From the NCBI GenBank assembly GCA_034428455.1, contig DAOUHZ010000161.1:3459-67458 (forward strand): 64,000 nucleotides of DNA. Direction: 5' to 3'. The notes beneath the pieces were generated by a model. The model did not search any database. It saw only the letters and a program-made list of their open reading frames with translations, and had not been told where the DNA came from. The position numbers and the translations under genes were made by a program. Origin of the DNA: Dehalococcoidia bacterium (GTDB taxonomy: Bacteria > Chloroflexota > Dehalococcoidia > Lucifugimonadales > UBA3495). Each line of letters begins with the position of its first letter. Position 1 is the stretch's first letter. Below, in pieces: positions 52,557 through 62,185 of this stretch.

Positions 52557-53723
52557 TCAGGTATACAGCGAGGCAGTCGTCTCCGCGCCCATCAAGACCT
52601 GGCCACCGTATTCAAAGTTGTTGGGCAGACCCGATATGTGCTGGCCGCTCACGTGCAGGTCGCGGAAGAACCGCTCCAAACCCACCGAGCGGTGGATGGC
52701 GTTGGTGCCGGCAACGCTGAACAGCCGGTCCACAACTTCCACGGAGCGGCGGATGGCATGGGTTATGGCCAGCCGCGCCCGAACGGCCCGCTCCATAAGA
52801 TCGGGCATTTGGCGCACCTGGGCATCCCACATGCTGCCCACAGCATCCAGCACGTAGGTGCGCGCCCCGTCCAGAATGGCCTCGCATTCCCCGTAGGCGA
52901 TCTGCACGTAGGCACGATCCCGCAGCAGCGTTGGCGAGTTGGTGGTTCCGGCTCCCGTGGCCAGCTCGTGAAATGCGTTCATCGCGCCGCGAGCCATGCC
53001 CAGCGCGTTGGCGGCGGCCAGCGTCCAGCTGATGAGGATCGCAGTTTGGGCCGGGTTGTACAGCGGCCCGGGATGATACGACGGGTCGCCTCGCCGGTAG
53101 GAATGGTGCGCCGGCACGAACACGTCGGAATACTCGCAGTCGTTGCTGGCGGTGCCGCGCATCCCCAGGGTGGTCCAGTTGTCGATCACCTTGCCCGCGT
53201 CGACCGGCGCCACCACCACGCGCATGGCCGGACTGCCGTCGTCGTTCCGCGCCGGAGATCCGTCCTGCTTCAGGAGACGGCAGTTCAGGAACAGGGCGGT
53301 GGAATGGTCGATACCGCTGAGGTAATTCCAGCGACCATTGATGATGTACCCACCCTCCGTGATGGTCGCGGTCCCCTCGGGCCGAGCCGAGCCGGAGCCC
53401 AGCATGGCCGGCGGGTCACCGAAAATCTCTTTGACCGCATCCACGGTGAGACGAGCCAGGGCCGCGGTGATCGCGCTGCCGTTGAACACGCACCAGCCTG
53501 CGGATCCGTCGGCTTGGGAAATGATTTCCACCACCCGGAACGCCGTGAGCGGGTCAAGTTCCGGGCCGCCCAGAGCCTGCGGCGCGTAAAGGCAGAACAG
53601 GTTGTGCGCCGCCATCCGTTCAGCCAAGTCGGGAGGCAGCTGACACTCGGCGTCGATTCGATCAAGGTTCGCCAGGATTTCCGGCGCCAAACTTTCGGCT
53701 ATACGGACCAAATCTTGGGGCAT
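52557..53723 (-). CDS. Acyl-CoA-dehydrogenase-fold flavoprotein (type 2 / group D flavin monooxygenase-like)
   Basis: ACAD N, middle and C domain layout: LFCLYAPQALGGPEL...ISQADGSAGWCVFNG...INGRWNYLSGIDHS... Confidence 0.7.
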   Translation of the reverse strand: MPQDLVRIAESLAPEILANLDRIDAECQLPPDLAERMAAHNLFCLYAPQALGGPELDPLTAFRVVEIISQADGSAGWCVFNGSAITAALARLTVDAVKEIFGDPPAMLGSGSARPEGTATITEGGYIINGRWNYLSGIDHSTALFLNCRLLKQDGSPARNDDGSPAMRVVVAPVDAGKVIDNWTTLGMRGTASNDCEYSDVFVPAHHSYRRGDPSYHPGPLYNPAQTAILISWTLAAANALGMARGAMNAFHELATGAGTTNSPTLLRDRAYVQIAYGECEAILDGARTYVLDAVGSMWDAQVRQMPDLMERAVRARLAITHAIRRSVEVVDRLFSVAGTNAIHRSVGLERFFRDLHVSGQHISGLPNNFEYGGQVLMGAETTASLYT

Positions 53724-53844
53724 TGAGCGGCTCCATCGGTAATGAGGTGCCGGACATTATAGCCGTGGGCCGTCAACGTCCCATCGGCGGATGACCCCGG
53801 CAACGATGGATGCCCGCTCACGTCCACCCGGTCTGGCCCGAACT

Positions 53845-53906
53845 GGCATTGCGAGCGAAGCGCGGCGCTCTCGTCCGGGTAACAGACATCGCTCCGACAA
53901 GCAATC
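53845..53906. repeat. Family-B repeat, shortened degenerate copy
   Basis: GGCATTGCGAGCGAAGCGCGGCGCTCTCGTC...AACAGACATCGCTCCGACAAGCAATC. Confidence 0.55.
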
Positions 53907-53912
53907 AAATCC

Positions 53913-53939
53913 CGTTCATCCTGTTTATCCTGTTCATCC
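53913..53939. repeat. Short 9-bp direct repeats
   Basis: GTTCATCCT GTTTATCCT GTTCATCC. Confidence 0.5.
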
Positions 53940-54370
53940 ATGCAAAGCCAAACCGGCTCCACTTGCGGACCGACCTTCTTGACAATGCCGAACATGCGTT
54001 CCTATACTGTATCCATCACGTGAAATATCAGCCATCGCCAGAGGTCCCACGGGTCGTTCGCGGCCACCCCGTCAGCATCAAAATCGCAAATCCCTGTCCC
54101 GAGCGACCATCGTCCGCCCGTTTCTCAGCGGCGTGGTCATCCCGGTGACACAGCGACAGTCCACTCGCTGCGTTCTGCACGACCCCCGGGTTGTCAACGG
54201 TTCCAGTGGGCAAAAATACCTTGCGTAACCCCGGCCGTGGGGCTGACACCGACCTGCAAACCCTCTGGCAGCGCTGTACCAACCAACAACCGGACCCAGC
54301 AGAAAGCGAGAAAGCCATCAAGCAGCCAATGAACCAACAACCCTCACGGATGCCCTATTCCCATCAAACA

Positions 54371-54466
54371 GTCATTGCAACCCCGCACGCGATACGGGAG
54401 TGGCAGTCTCGTCGCTTGCTGTGCGCTCTCCAGGCAACGAAATCGCCCCACCGGTGCGCTCTTTGA
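54371..54466. repeat. Family-B repeat, degenerate copy with an insertion
   Basis: GTCATTGC-[AACCCCGCACGCGATACGGGAG]-TGGCAGTCTCGTC...GGCAACGAAATCGCCCCACCGGTGCGCTC. Confidence 0.5.
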
Positions 54467-54527
54467 GATACCAAAATGGGTACGCGTCAGCGGATGCCCG
54501 GTCTGTACGCCTACAGGCCGGCGGCCT

Positions 54528-54533
54528 TACAAT
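54528..54533 (+). promoter_or_regulatory. Candidate -10 (TACAAT) for tRNA-Ser
   Basis: TACAAT ends 16 nt before the mature tRNA 5' end. No convincing -35. Confidence 0.3.
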
Positions 54534-54549
54534 GTATACCCGGCGCTGG

Positions 54550-54637
54550 GGAGGGATGGCAGAGTGGACGATTGCGACGGTCTTGAAAACCGTTAACCCT
54601 CACGGGTTCGTGGGTTCGAATCCCACTCCCTCCGCCA
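54550..54637 (+). tRNA. tRNA-Ser (anticodon UGA), class II with long variable arm, CCA encoded
   Basis: Acceptor GGAGGGA/TCCCTCC. Anticodon stem CGGT/ACCG with loop CTTGAAA. Variable arm TTAACCCTCACGGGTTC. T-arm GTGGG-TTCGAAT-CCCAC. Discriminator G plus CCA. Confidence 0.9.
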
Positions 54638-54654
54638 ATCGGGCGACAGCCCGA

Positions 54655-55128
54655 TCACCACTGCAAGCCGGGCTCCCGTTCCTGCAACAGTTCTCCAAAC
54701 AGCGTCAGGACCTGATCGATGCGCAGCACGACGATGGCGCCGACGCTGCCCTCCAGGTAGCGTTCGTTCACCAACCCCGATGCCAGCAGCCGCTCAGTCA
54801 TGTCCTCTAAGACCTGCCCGTCGCGATGCACGCTGGCGGTGCAGCGGAACTTCCAGCCGGCGTCCTTATCGGTGTTGCGAAACAGGACGATGACCTTCGG
54901 GTTCGCCTCGATATGCTCCAGCGGGTTCCGTCCGGTGCGGTCTCGGTAAATCAGCGTATCGTCGCCCACGGTGAGCACCGTGCCGATGTAGCCGCAATTG
55001 GGCGTGCCGTCATCGGAAGCGGTTCCCACAATGCACGGGTAGCCGTCGTCCCGCGCCCGGTTAATCAGGCTCGACATTTCCTCGGTCAGCTGAATCATCT
55101 CAAACCCCTCAGGCAGCCGGGCAATCAT
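54655..55128 (-). CDS. Pyridoxamine 5'-phosphate oxidase-like (FMN/F420-binding split-barrel) protein
   Basis: PCIVGTASDDGTPNCGYIGTVLTVGDDTLIYRDRTGRNPLEHIEANPKVIVLF. Its ATG overlaps the upstream stop (ATGA at 55125-55128). Confidence 0.6.
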   Translation of the reverse strand: MIARLPEGFEMIQLTEEMSSLINRARDDGYPCIVGTASDDGTPNCGYIGTVLTVGDDTLIYRDRTGRNPLEHIEANPKVIVLFRNTDKDAGWKFRCTASVHRDGQVLEDMTERLLASGLVNERYLEGSVGAIVVLRIDQVLTLFGELLQEREPGLQW

Positions 55129-56180
55129 CCGGCGTTGATGTACTCCACGGCATTACGGTGGCTCTCCAGCAGCCCGGTCACCCGCGCCGGGTCGGTGCGA
55201 CCCCAGCCGCATTCGCTGGCCACACCGAAAGAATCTACGAAATCACGGGCGACGTCGATGCGAGCGCGGTCGCCGGCTGCATCATCGTGGTGGACCAGTC
55301 CCAGGATCAGATCGGTGTCCGCGGACACACTCAGCCCTTCCAGCGGCAGGAAATAAGCCCGGTCCGTCCGGTCCTGGGGCACAGGCATGTGAATGAAGTC
55401 CAGCCGCCGGTACAATTCGCGGGTGATTCCGTTGGCAATCTCCACGAGGATCCCCATGTCCTTCGGCATCACCAGGTGCTCGTCGCGGGGCGACCCGTAG
55501 CACAGGTGGTAGCCGAGGTCCACGGTCTCGGGGATCGCGTCACCCAGCCTTCCCAGCTCCGCAAAGATCTGCTCCTTATAGTCGGCAGGGCGGTGCGGAA
55601 AGTAGTCCTCGAACAGCAGCACCTCCTGGCACACGTCCCACTGGATCGACAGCCGGTCGTGAGGCGTGGACGCTAGAATTGCGTCCACCGCTGACAGCAA
55701 CGACCGTTCGTAGGCGGGAATGTACGCCTCCCGCGCCGCCGGGCTCACGTACATGTACGCCGTGGCCATGGGCGTGGGCAGGGACACCTGGAACCGGGCA
55801 TCGGCCGGGATCACGCCCTCGCGTTGCAGGCGAGTGTACAGGTCAAAGGACTCCAGCGCCGCCTCGGCGTACCCGGTGGGAAAAGTGACGCCGGATGCAT
55901 CAACCCCCGTCTTGAACCGGATGTACGACGTCTCCCGCAACAACTGGCCATCCCATTGGTACAGGGCGTAGGGTGGCTCATCCGGGTCGGGTTCCATGGC
56001 CGGATGCTGCTCCAGCATCTCCCGCTGGAACCAGATCCAGCGACCGCGACGGCCGGTTTCCCCGTCGGAAATCCGGCGCAGGCGATGACCCCAGGCCCCG
56101 CTCACCGTGCGGAACACGGTTTCCGCATCGGATAGCGGGACGCTGCCCACCAGGTGCGCCCAGCTCTTGGCGTCAGCCAT
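55125..56180 (-). CDS. Hypothetical enzyme, possibly MetE/UROD-like TIM-barrel family
   Basis: No firm motif. GYHLCYG and ECGWGR resemble the Zn-ligand regions of cobalamin-independent methionine-synthase-like proteins. The assignment is tentative. Confidence 0.35.
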   Translation of the reverse strand: MADAKSWAHLVGSVPLSDAETVFRTVSGAWGHRLRRISDGETGRRGRWIWFQREMLEQHPAMEPDPDEPPYALYQWDGQLLRETSYIRFKTGVDASGVTFPTGYAEAALESFDLYTRLQREGVIPADARFQVSLPTPMATAYMYVSPAAREAYIPAYERSLLSAVDAILASTPHDRLSIQWDVCQEVLLFEDYFPHRPADYKEQIFAELGRLGDAIPETVDLGYHLCYGSPRDEHLVMPKDMGILVEIANGITRELYRRLDFIHMPVPQDRTDRAYFLPLEGLSVSADTDLILGLVHHDDAAGDRARIDVARDFVDSFGVASECGWGRTDPARVTGLLESHRNAVEYINAG

Positions 56181-56212
56181 ACGACCTCCGGGTGTCCTGT
56201 GTCGGTCAGCGT

Positions 56213-57331
56213 CTAGCCTATCACCCGGCGGAAGTAGTCAAGGGCGTTGCCGCCGACAATCTTGAGCACGTCCTCGTCGGAGTGACCCCGCCGGATCAGG
56301 CCCCGCACGATGTTCTTGCCGTCGGCCGGAGACTCCAAACCGTTGAGATACGGCGCTGGCAGTTGGTCCGGCCCCCGACCAAGCAGCACCCGGTGGAACG
56401 CCACGTGGTCACCCACGGTGGTGTCCGTGCCGATGCCCACATGATCGACGCCAACCAGGTTCACCATGTAGTCGTAGTGGTCCAGGACGCACTCGATGTC
56501 CTGTTCGGGGTCGTCGCTGAGCGAGTTGGGTACCGCGGTTATGCAGACCAGGCCGCCGTTGCGAGCGCACGCCAGCAGCTCCTCGTCCTTGCGAGTGCGA
56601 CCGTTAGGTCGCAACGTGAAGGAGGCGTTGTGGCTGAACACCGTCGGGGCCCGGGAAATCTCGATGGCATCCATGGCCGTGGGCGTCGACGCGTGGGACA
56701 GGTCAACGGCCATGCCCAGGTCGTTCATGCGATGAACCACTGCCACGCCGAAATCGCTGAGCCCGCCCGGGTTGCGCTCCGTCTGGCCGTCGCCGATGAA
56801 GTTCCGCCGGTTGTAGGTGATGCCGGCCAGGCGCACCCCCATGCCGAAAAGCGCGTCCACGCGCTCAATGCGGTTGCCGATGGCCAGGTGCTCCAGGGTG
56901 GGCAGGAATCCGATCTTGCCCTGCTGGCGGGCGGACATGATCTCGTCCGCATTGCCCACGCGCACGATGTTGTCCTGGGTCGCCACGTCGGCCAGCATCC
57001 CGCCGACCTCGGCGGCGATGTCTTCGTATTCCATGAAGGACATGTCGGCGGTGCTCTTGAACCCGCTGAAGGCGCTGGCGGTGGTCACCGCCGACCAACC
57101 CCCGGCCTCCACCGCCTGGTAGCCATACTGGTAGCGGCTGGTGCGGAGGAACTCGATGAACCGGTCCATGTCCTCCGGCAGCAGGAACGGATGCTGGTGA
57201 ACGTCGATCATCACCGCCTGGTCCATGATGCGCTCGAAGCGGGTCTGCTCGGCCGCGTTCAGCGGCACCTCCGACGACGGCACCCGGCCCACTTCGCGCA
57301 CCATTTCGAAAATCTGCGTGACCATAGACAT
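56213..57331 (-). CDS. Membrane (renal-type) dipeptidase family protein, peptidase M19
   Basis: VMIDVHQHP, GITYNRRNFIGDG, AVDLSHAS, VFSHNA, HVGIGTD are the M19 metal-site motifs. Confidence 0.8.
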   Translation of the reverse strand: MSMVTQIFEMVREVGRVPSSEVPLNAAEQTRFERIMDQAVMIDVHQHPFLLPEDMDRFIEFLRTSRYQYGYQAVEAGGWSAVTTASAFSGFKSTADMSFMEYEDIAAEVGGMLADVATQDNIVRVGNADEIMSARQQGKIGFLPTLEHLAIGNRIERVDALFGMGVRLAGITYNRRNFIGDGQTERNPGGLSDFGVAVVHRMNDLGMAVDLSHASTPTAMDAIEISRAPTVFSHNASFTLRPNGRTRKDEELLACARNGGLVCITAVPNSLSDDPEQDIECVLDHYDYMVNLVGVDHVGIGTDTTVGDHVAFHRVLLGRGPDQLPAPYLNGLESPADGKNIVRGLIRRGHSDEDVLKIVGGNALDYFRRVIG

Positions 57332-57404
57332 CCCTCCTTCAAACTACGGTCAATAGCCCGCGCGGGAACCCTGCTGGATACGCGCGGGCGGTATGGCTCG
57401 GCGT

Positions 57405-58235
57405 TCACATCGTGCGCCAGGCCGTTCCTTCAGTCAGGGCCAGGAACTGCTCCACCAGCGCCGGGTTGGACACGATCAGGCCCGGCGAAAAGAGTGTGGC
57501 ATCCTTGAGTGTCGCCCGGTCCAATACCTGGCCTCCCGCTTCACGCGCCAGCAGCACACCGGACGCGATGTCCCACGCCGAAAGGCTGTGGTGGAAGTAC
57601 AGGTCGATGCGACCGCAGGCGGCGTAAGCCAGGCTCAGCGCGCTGGAGCCCATGAGGCGGTATCCCTGGACCTTGGGCCAGACTCCCGCCGCCATTTCCA
57701 GCAACAGCTTGGCCTGGTCGAAGTTGTACCCCAGATCGAACCCCAGCACCGCCTCGTCGATGTCATAGCGATCAGAAATGGTGACGGGCTGTCCGTTCAG
57801 GGAAGCGCCGCGTCCTTTCTGCGCCGAAAACATCTCGTCCCGCACCGGATCGTAGGTTACGCCACAGACCACCTGATCACCGTCGGCGATGGCTACCACC
57901 ACGCAGAAATGGGGTATGCCCTCCGCGAAATTGCGGGTGCCGTCGATGGGGTCCACCACCCAGGTGTACGGCGACGAACCGGAAACGGGGGCAGATTCCT
58001 CGGAGAGGATCCCGAATTCAGGGTATTCCCCGGCGACGTACTCCAGGATCAGCTTTTCGGACGCCAGATCGGCGTCGGTGACCACGTTGGCCCGGCCCTT
58101 CAGGCTGACTTCCACGTCGGTGCGGAAACGCTCCAGCACCAGCTCACCGGCGCGACGGGCAGCGGTTTCGCACACCGCCAACGCGGACCGGCCGGAGCGG
58201 GAGATGGGCAGTTCGTCGACGGTTTCGGCAGGCAT
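57405..58235 (-). CDS. Inositol monophosphatase family protein
   Basis: ILSEES...WVVDPIDGTRNF...VAIA...AWDIASG motifs. Confidence 0.85.
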   Translation of the reverse strand: MPAETVDELPISRSGRSALAVCETAARRAGELVLERFRTDVEVSLKGRANVVTDADLASEKLILEYVAGEYPEFGILSEESAPVSGSSPYTWVVDPIDGTRNFAEGIPHFCVVVAIADGDQVVCGVTYDPVRDEMFSAQKGRGASLNGQPVTISDRYDIDEAVLGFDLGYNFDQAKLLLEMAAGVWPKVQGYRLMGSSALSLAYAACGRIDLYFHHSLSAWDIASGVLLAREAGGQVLDRATLKDATLFSPGLIVSNPALVEQFLALTEGTAWRTM

Positions 58236-58345
58236 CAGCGCATACTCTCAGGAAGGCCAGGATGGGGCAGTCTAGCACTCGCCATTCCCGGCCGACAACC
58301 GAGTTCAACGGCTCACGCCGGTCGATCAGGGCGTGACTGTGCCCG

Positions 58346-58354
58346 TGCTATACT
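58346..58354 (+). promoter_or_regulatory. Extended -10 element TGCTATACT placed 6 nt before the Nudix GTG start (predicts a leaderless mRNA)
   Basis: GCCCGTGCTATACTGCGGCC-GTG. TATACT = 58349-58354, GTG = 58361. Confidence 0.45.
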
Positions 58355-58360
58355 GCGGCC

Positions 58361-58816
58361 GTGAGTACGCAGGCAGACAGGCCGCTGGTAGGTGTGGGGG
58401 TGATATTCGTCAGGGCCGGAAAGGTCTTCCTGGCGCAGCGGCAGGGAGCCCATGGCGAGGCGACATGGGGTTCGGCAGGCGGACACCTGGAGTTCGGCGA
58501 AACCTTGGAGGGCTGTGCCCGCAGGGAAGCCTTGGAAGAACTGGGCGTACAGGTAGGCGAGCTTCGCGTGCTTTGCCTGAGCAACATTGTTGCTTATGAC
58601 CGCCACTATGTTGACGTAGAATTCCTGGGCGACATTGGCGACCAGGAACCGATTCCCGAAGCCAGCGACGGCTCCTTCCGCGAGTACGGTTGGTTCCCCC
58701 TGCGTGACCCGCCCCAGCCGCTGTTCGAACCGATGCGCCTGGCAATCGCCAGCCTCCTCTCCGGTGACTGGTACCACGCGTCCGCCGGAGAGAGCTCGGG
58801 CGCCCGTTCCGACTGA
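58361..58816 (+). CDS. NUDIX hydrolase
   Basis: Nudix box GGHLEFGETLEGCARREALEELGV. No in-frame ATG before the Nudix box, so GTG 58361 or a nearby GTG must be the start. Confidence 0.8.
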   Translation: MSTQADRPLVGVGVIFVRAGKVFLAQRQGAHGEATWGSAGGHLEFGETLEGCARREALEELGVQVGELRVLCLSNIVAYDRHYVDVEFLGDIGDQEPIPEASDGSFREYGWFPLRDPPQPLFEPMRLAIASLLSGDWYHASAGESSGARSD

Positions 58817-58985
58817 CGCGAATGCGGTCCAGACGCACCCCGACAGTATCCGAAATCGCTGGCCGATTTCCTGAAATCTGCGAATTAGTGACATCCGGCG
58901 CATGGCAATCAGGCGGCATATTTGATATAATGCTAATGGTGTCCATACTGGACATTGTTGCACTGCGTTACAGTAATGGCCGTGA

Positions 58986-61022
<2,037 letters not shown>

Positions 61023-61051
61023 TTCACCCTGCGGCTCCGGGGGCCACTGCG

Positions 61052-61585
61052 ATGCGACGTGACGGCCTGGCCGTCCTGATCCCGGAGGACGAGCTGCGGG
61101 CCGGCGTTGCCACGCTGGCCCGCGAAATCGACCGCGACTACGCGACCACCGGCGTGGTGATCGTATGCGTCCTCAAGGGCGCGGCGATCTTTACCGCCGA
61201 TCTGCTGCGGGCATTGAGCGCCGAGGTGCATCGCCTGGAGTTCATCCGGGCCAGCAGCTACGGCGGCGGGACCGAGTCATCAGGCGACGTGCAGGTCACC
61301 GGGACGTTGGAAACCCGACACATAGCCGGCAGCCACGTGCTCCTCGTAGACGACATCGCTGACACCGGCTACACCTGCGTCGCCGTGAAGGACTACATCC
61401 GGAGCCTGGCCCCGGCTTCGTTGCGCTACTGCACCCTGCTGGACAAGCCGGATCGGCGTGAGGTTGAAGTCCAGTACGACTACGTCGGGTTCACCATCCC
61501 CAACCACTTCGTCGTCGGCTACGGTATGGATTTCGACGAACGCTACCGGGGCCTGCCGGCGATTTACTACTTCCCGGAGACCTGA
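61052..61585 (+). CDS. hpt: Hypoxanthine phosphoribosyltransferase
   Basis: VVIVCVLKGAAIFTADLLRAL and the PRPP motif VLLVDDIADTGYT. Confidence 0.85.
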   Translation: MRRDGLAVLIPEDELRAGVATLAREIDRDYATTGVVIVCVLKGAAIFTADLLRALSAEVHRLEFIRASSYGGGTESSGDVQVTGTLETRHIAGSHVLLVDDIADTGYTCVAVKDYIRSLAPASLRYCTLLDKPDRREVEVQYDYVGFTIPNHFVVGYGMDFDERYRGLPAIYYFPET

Positions 61586-61682
61586 ACGGGAGATCGCCAA
61601 CGCCCGACCGAAACCAGTCAGCTGACAGTTGATTGACCTGCTTTGTCTCAAGTCGTTACAATTCTCCCAACGTAGGAGAGAG

Positions 61683-62126
61683 ATGGGTACGGACGTTATC
61701 ACGATCATTGGCGCGCTGGTAAGCATCGCCACCCTCATCGCCTTGGTCGGCGGTGGGTTCTACTGGTGGGGACGCCTGTCCAGTCGGGTCGACGGGTTGG
61801 ACCGGGAAGTGCAATCGTTGCGCGACGATGTGAAGTCCGTGCGTGAAGATGTCCAATCCGTCCGCAATGAACTGAACGGCGAACTGCAATCCGTCCGCGG
61901 CGAACTGCAATCCGTCCGCAATGAACTGCAATCCTTGCGCGTCGAACTGCTAACCGAGATTCGGCTGAGCGAGGAAAGGATAATGACTGCCCTGACGCAT
62001 CACTCCCACGTCTCGCCGGACGCGGGCCCGCCGGTGTTTTGGCAGCCCATTGGCGCGCCCAATCCGCCGTCAACCGAGGCGCCGACGGAAGCCCAAAACG
62101 CGGGCGTTGACGCGCCGGCCGCTTAG
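61683..62126 (+). CDS. Membrane-anchored protein with a heptad-repeat coiled coil
   Basis: AGGAGAG RBS. TM helix VITIIGALVSIATLIALVGGGFYWW, then VQSLRDD VKSVRED VQSVRNE (LNGE) LQSVRGE LQSVRNE LQSLRVE. Confidence 0.55.
   Translation: MGTDVITIIGALVSIATLIALVGGGFYWWGRLSSRVDGLDREVQSLRDDVKSVREDVQSVRNELNGELQSVRGELQSVRNELQSLRVELLTEIRLSEERIMTALTHHSHVSPDAGPPVFWQPIGAPNPPSTEAPTEAQNAGVDAPAA
61809..61946 (+). repeat. Tandem 21-bp coding repeats (6 units plus one 12-bp spacer unit)
   Basis: gtgcaatcgttgcgcgacgat / gtgaagtccgtgcgtgaagat / gtccaatccgtccgcaatgaa / ctgaacggcgaa / ctgcaatccgtccgcggcgaa / ctgcaatccgtccgcaatgaa / ctgcaatccttgcgcgtcgaa. Confidence 0.8.
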
Positions 62127-62185
62127 CGACCGGGGCGAGTTTCTAACCCGCCCCTACGAGGTCATCGTTTACTCTTCCCGACGGT

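Noticed and set aside
53724-54637. Integrated prophage or genomic island at tRNA-Ser.
   Set aside because: There is no integrase, no phage genes and no duplicated tRNA 3' segment within the window. Only repeat debris is present, which is reported as a low-interest finding.
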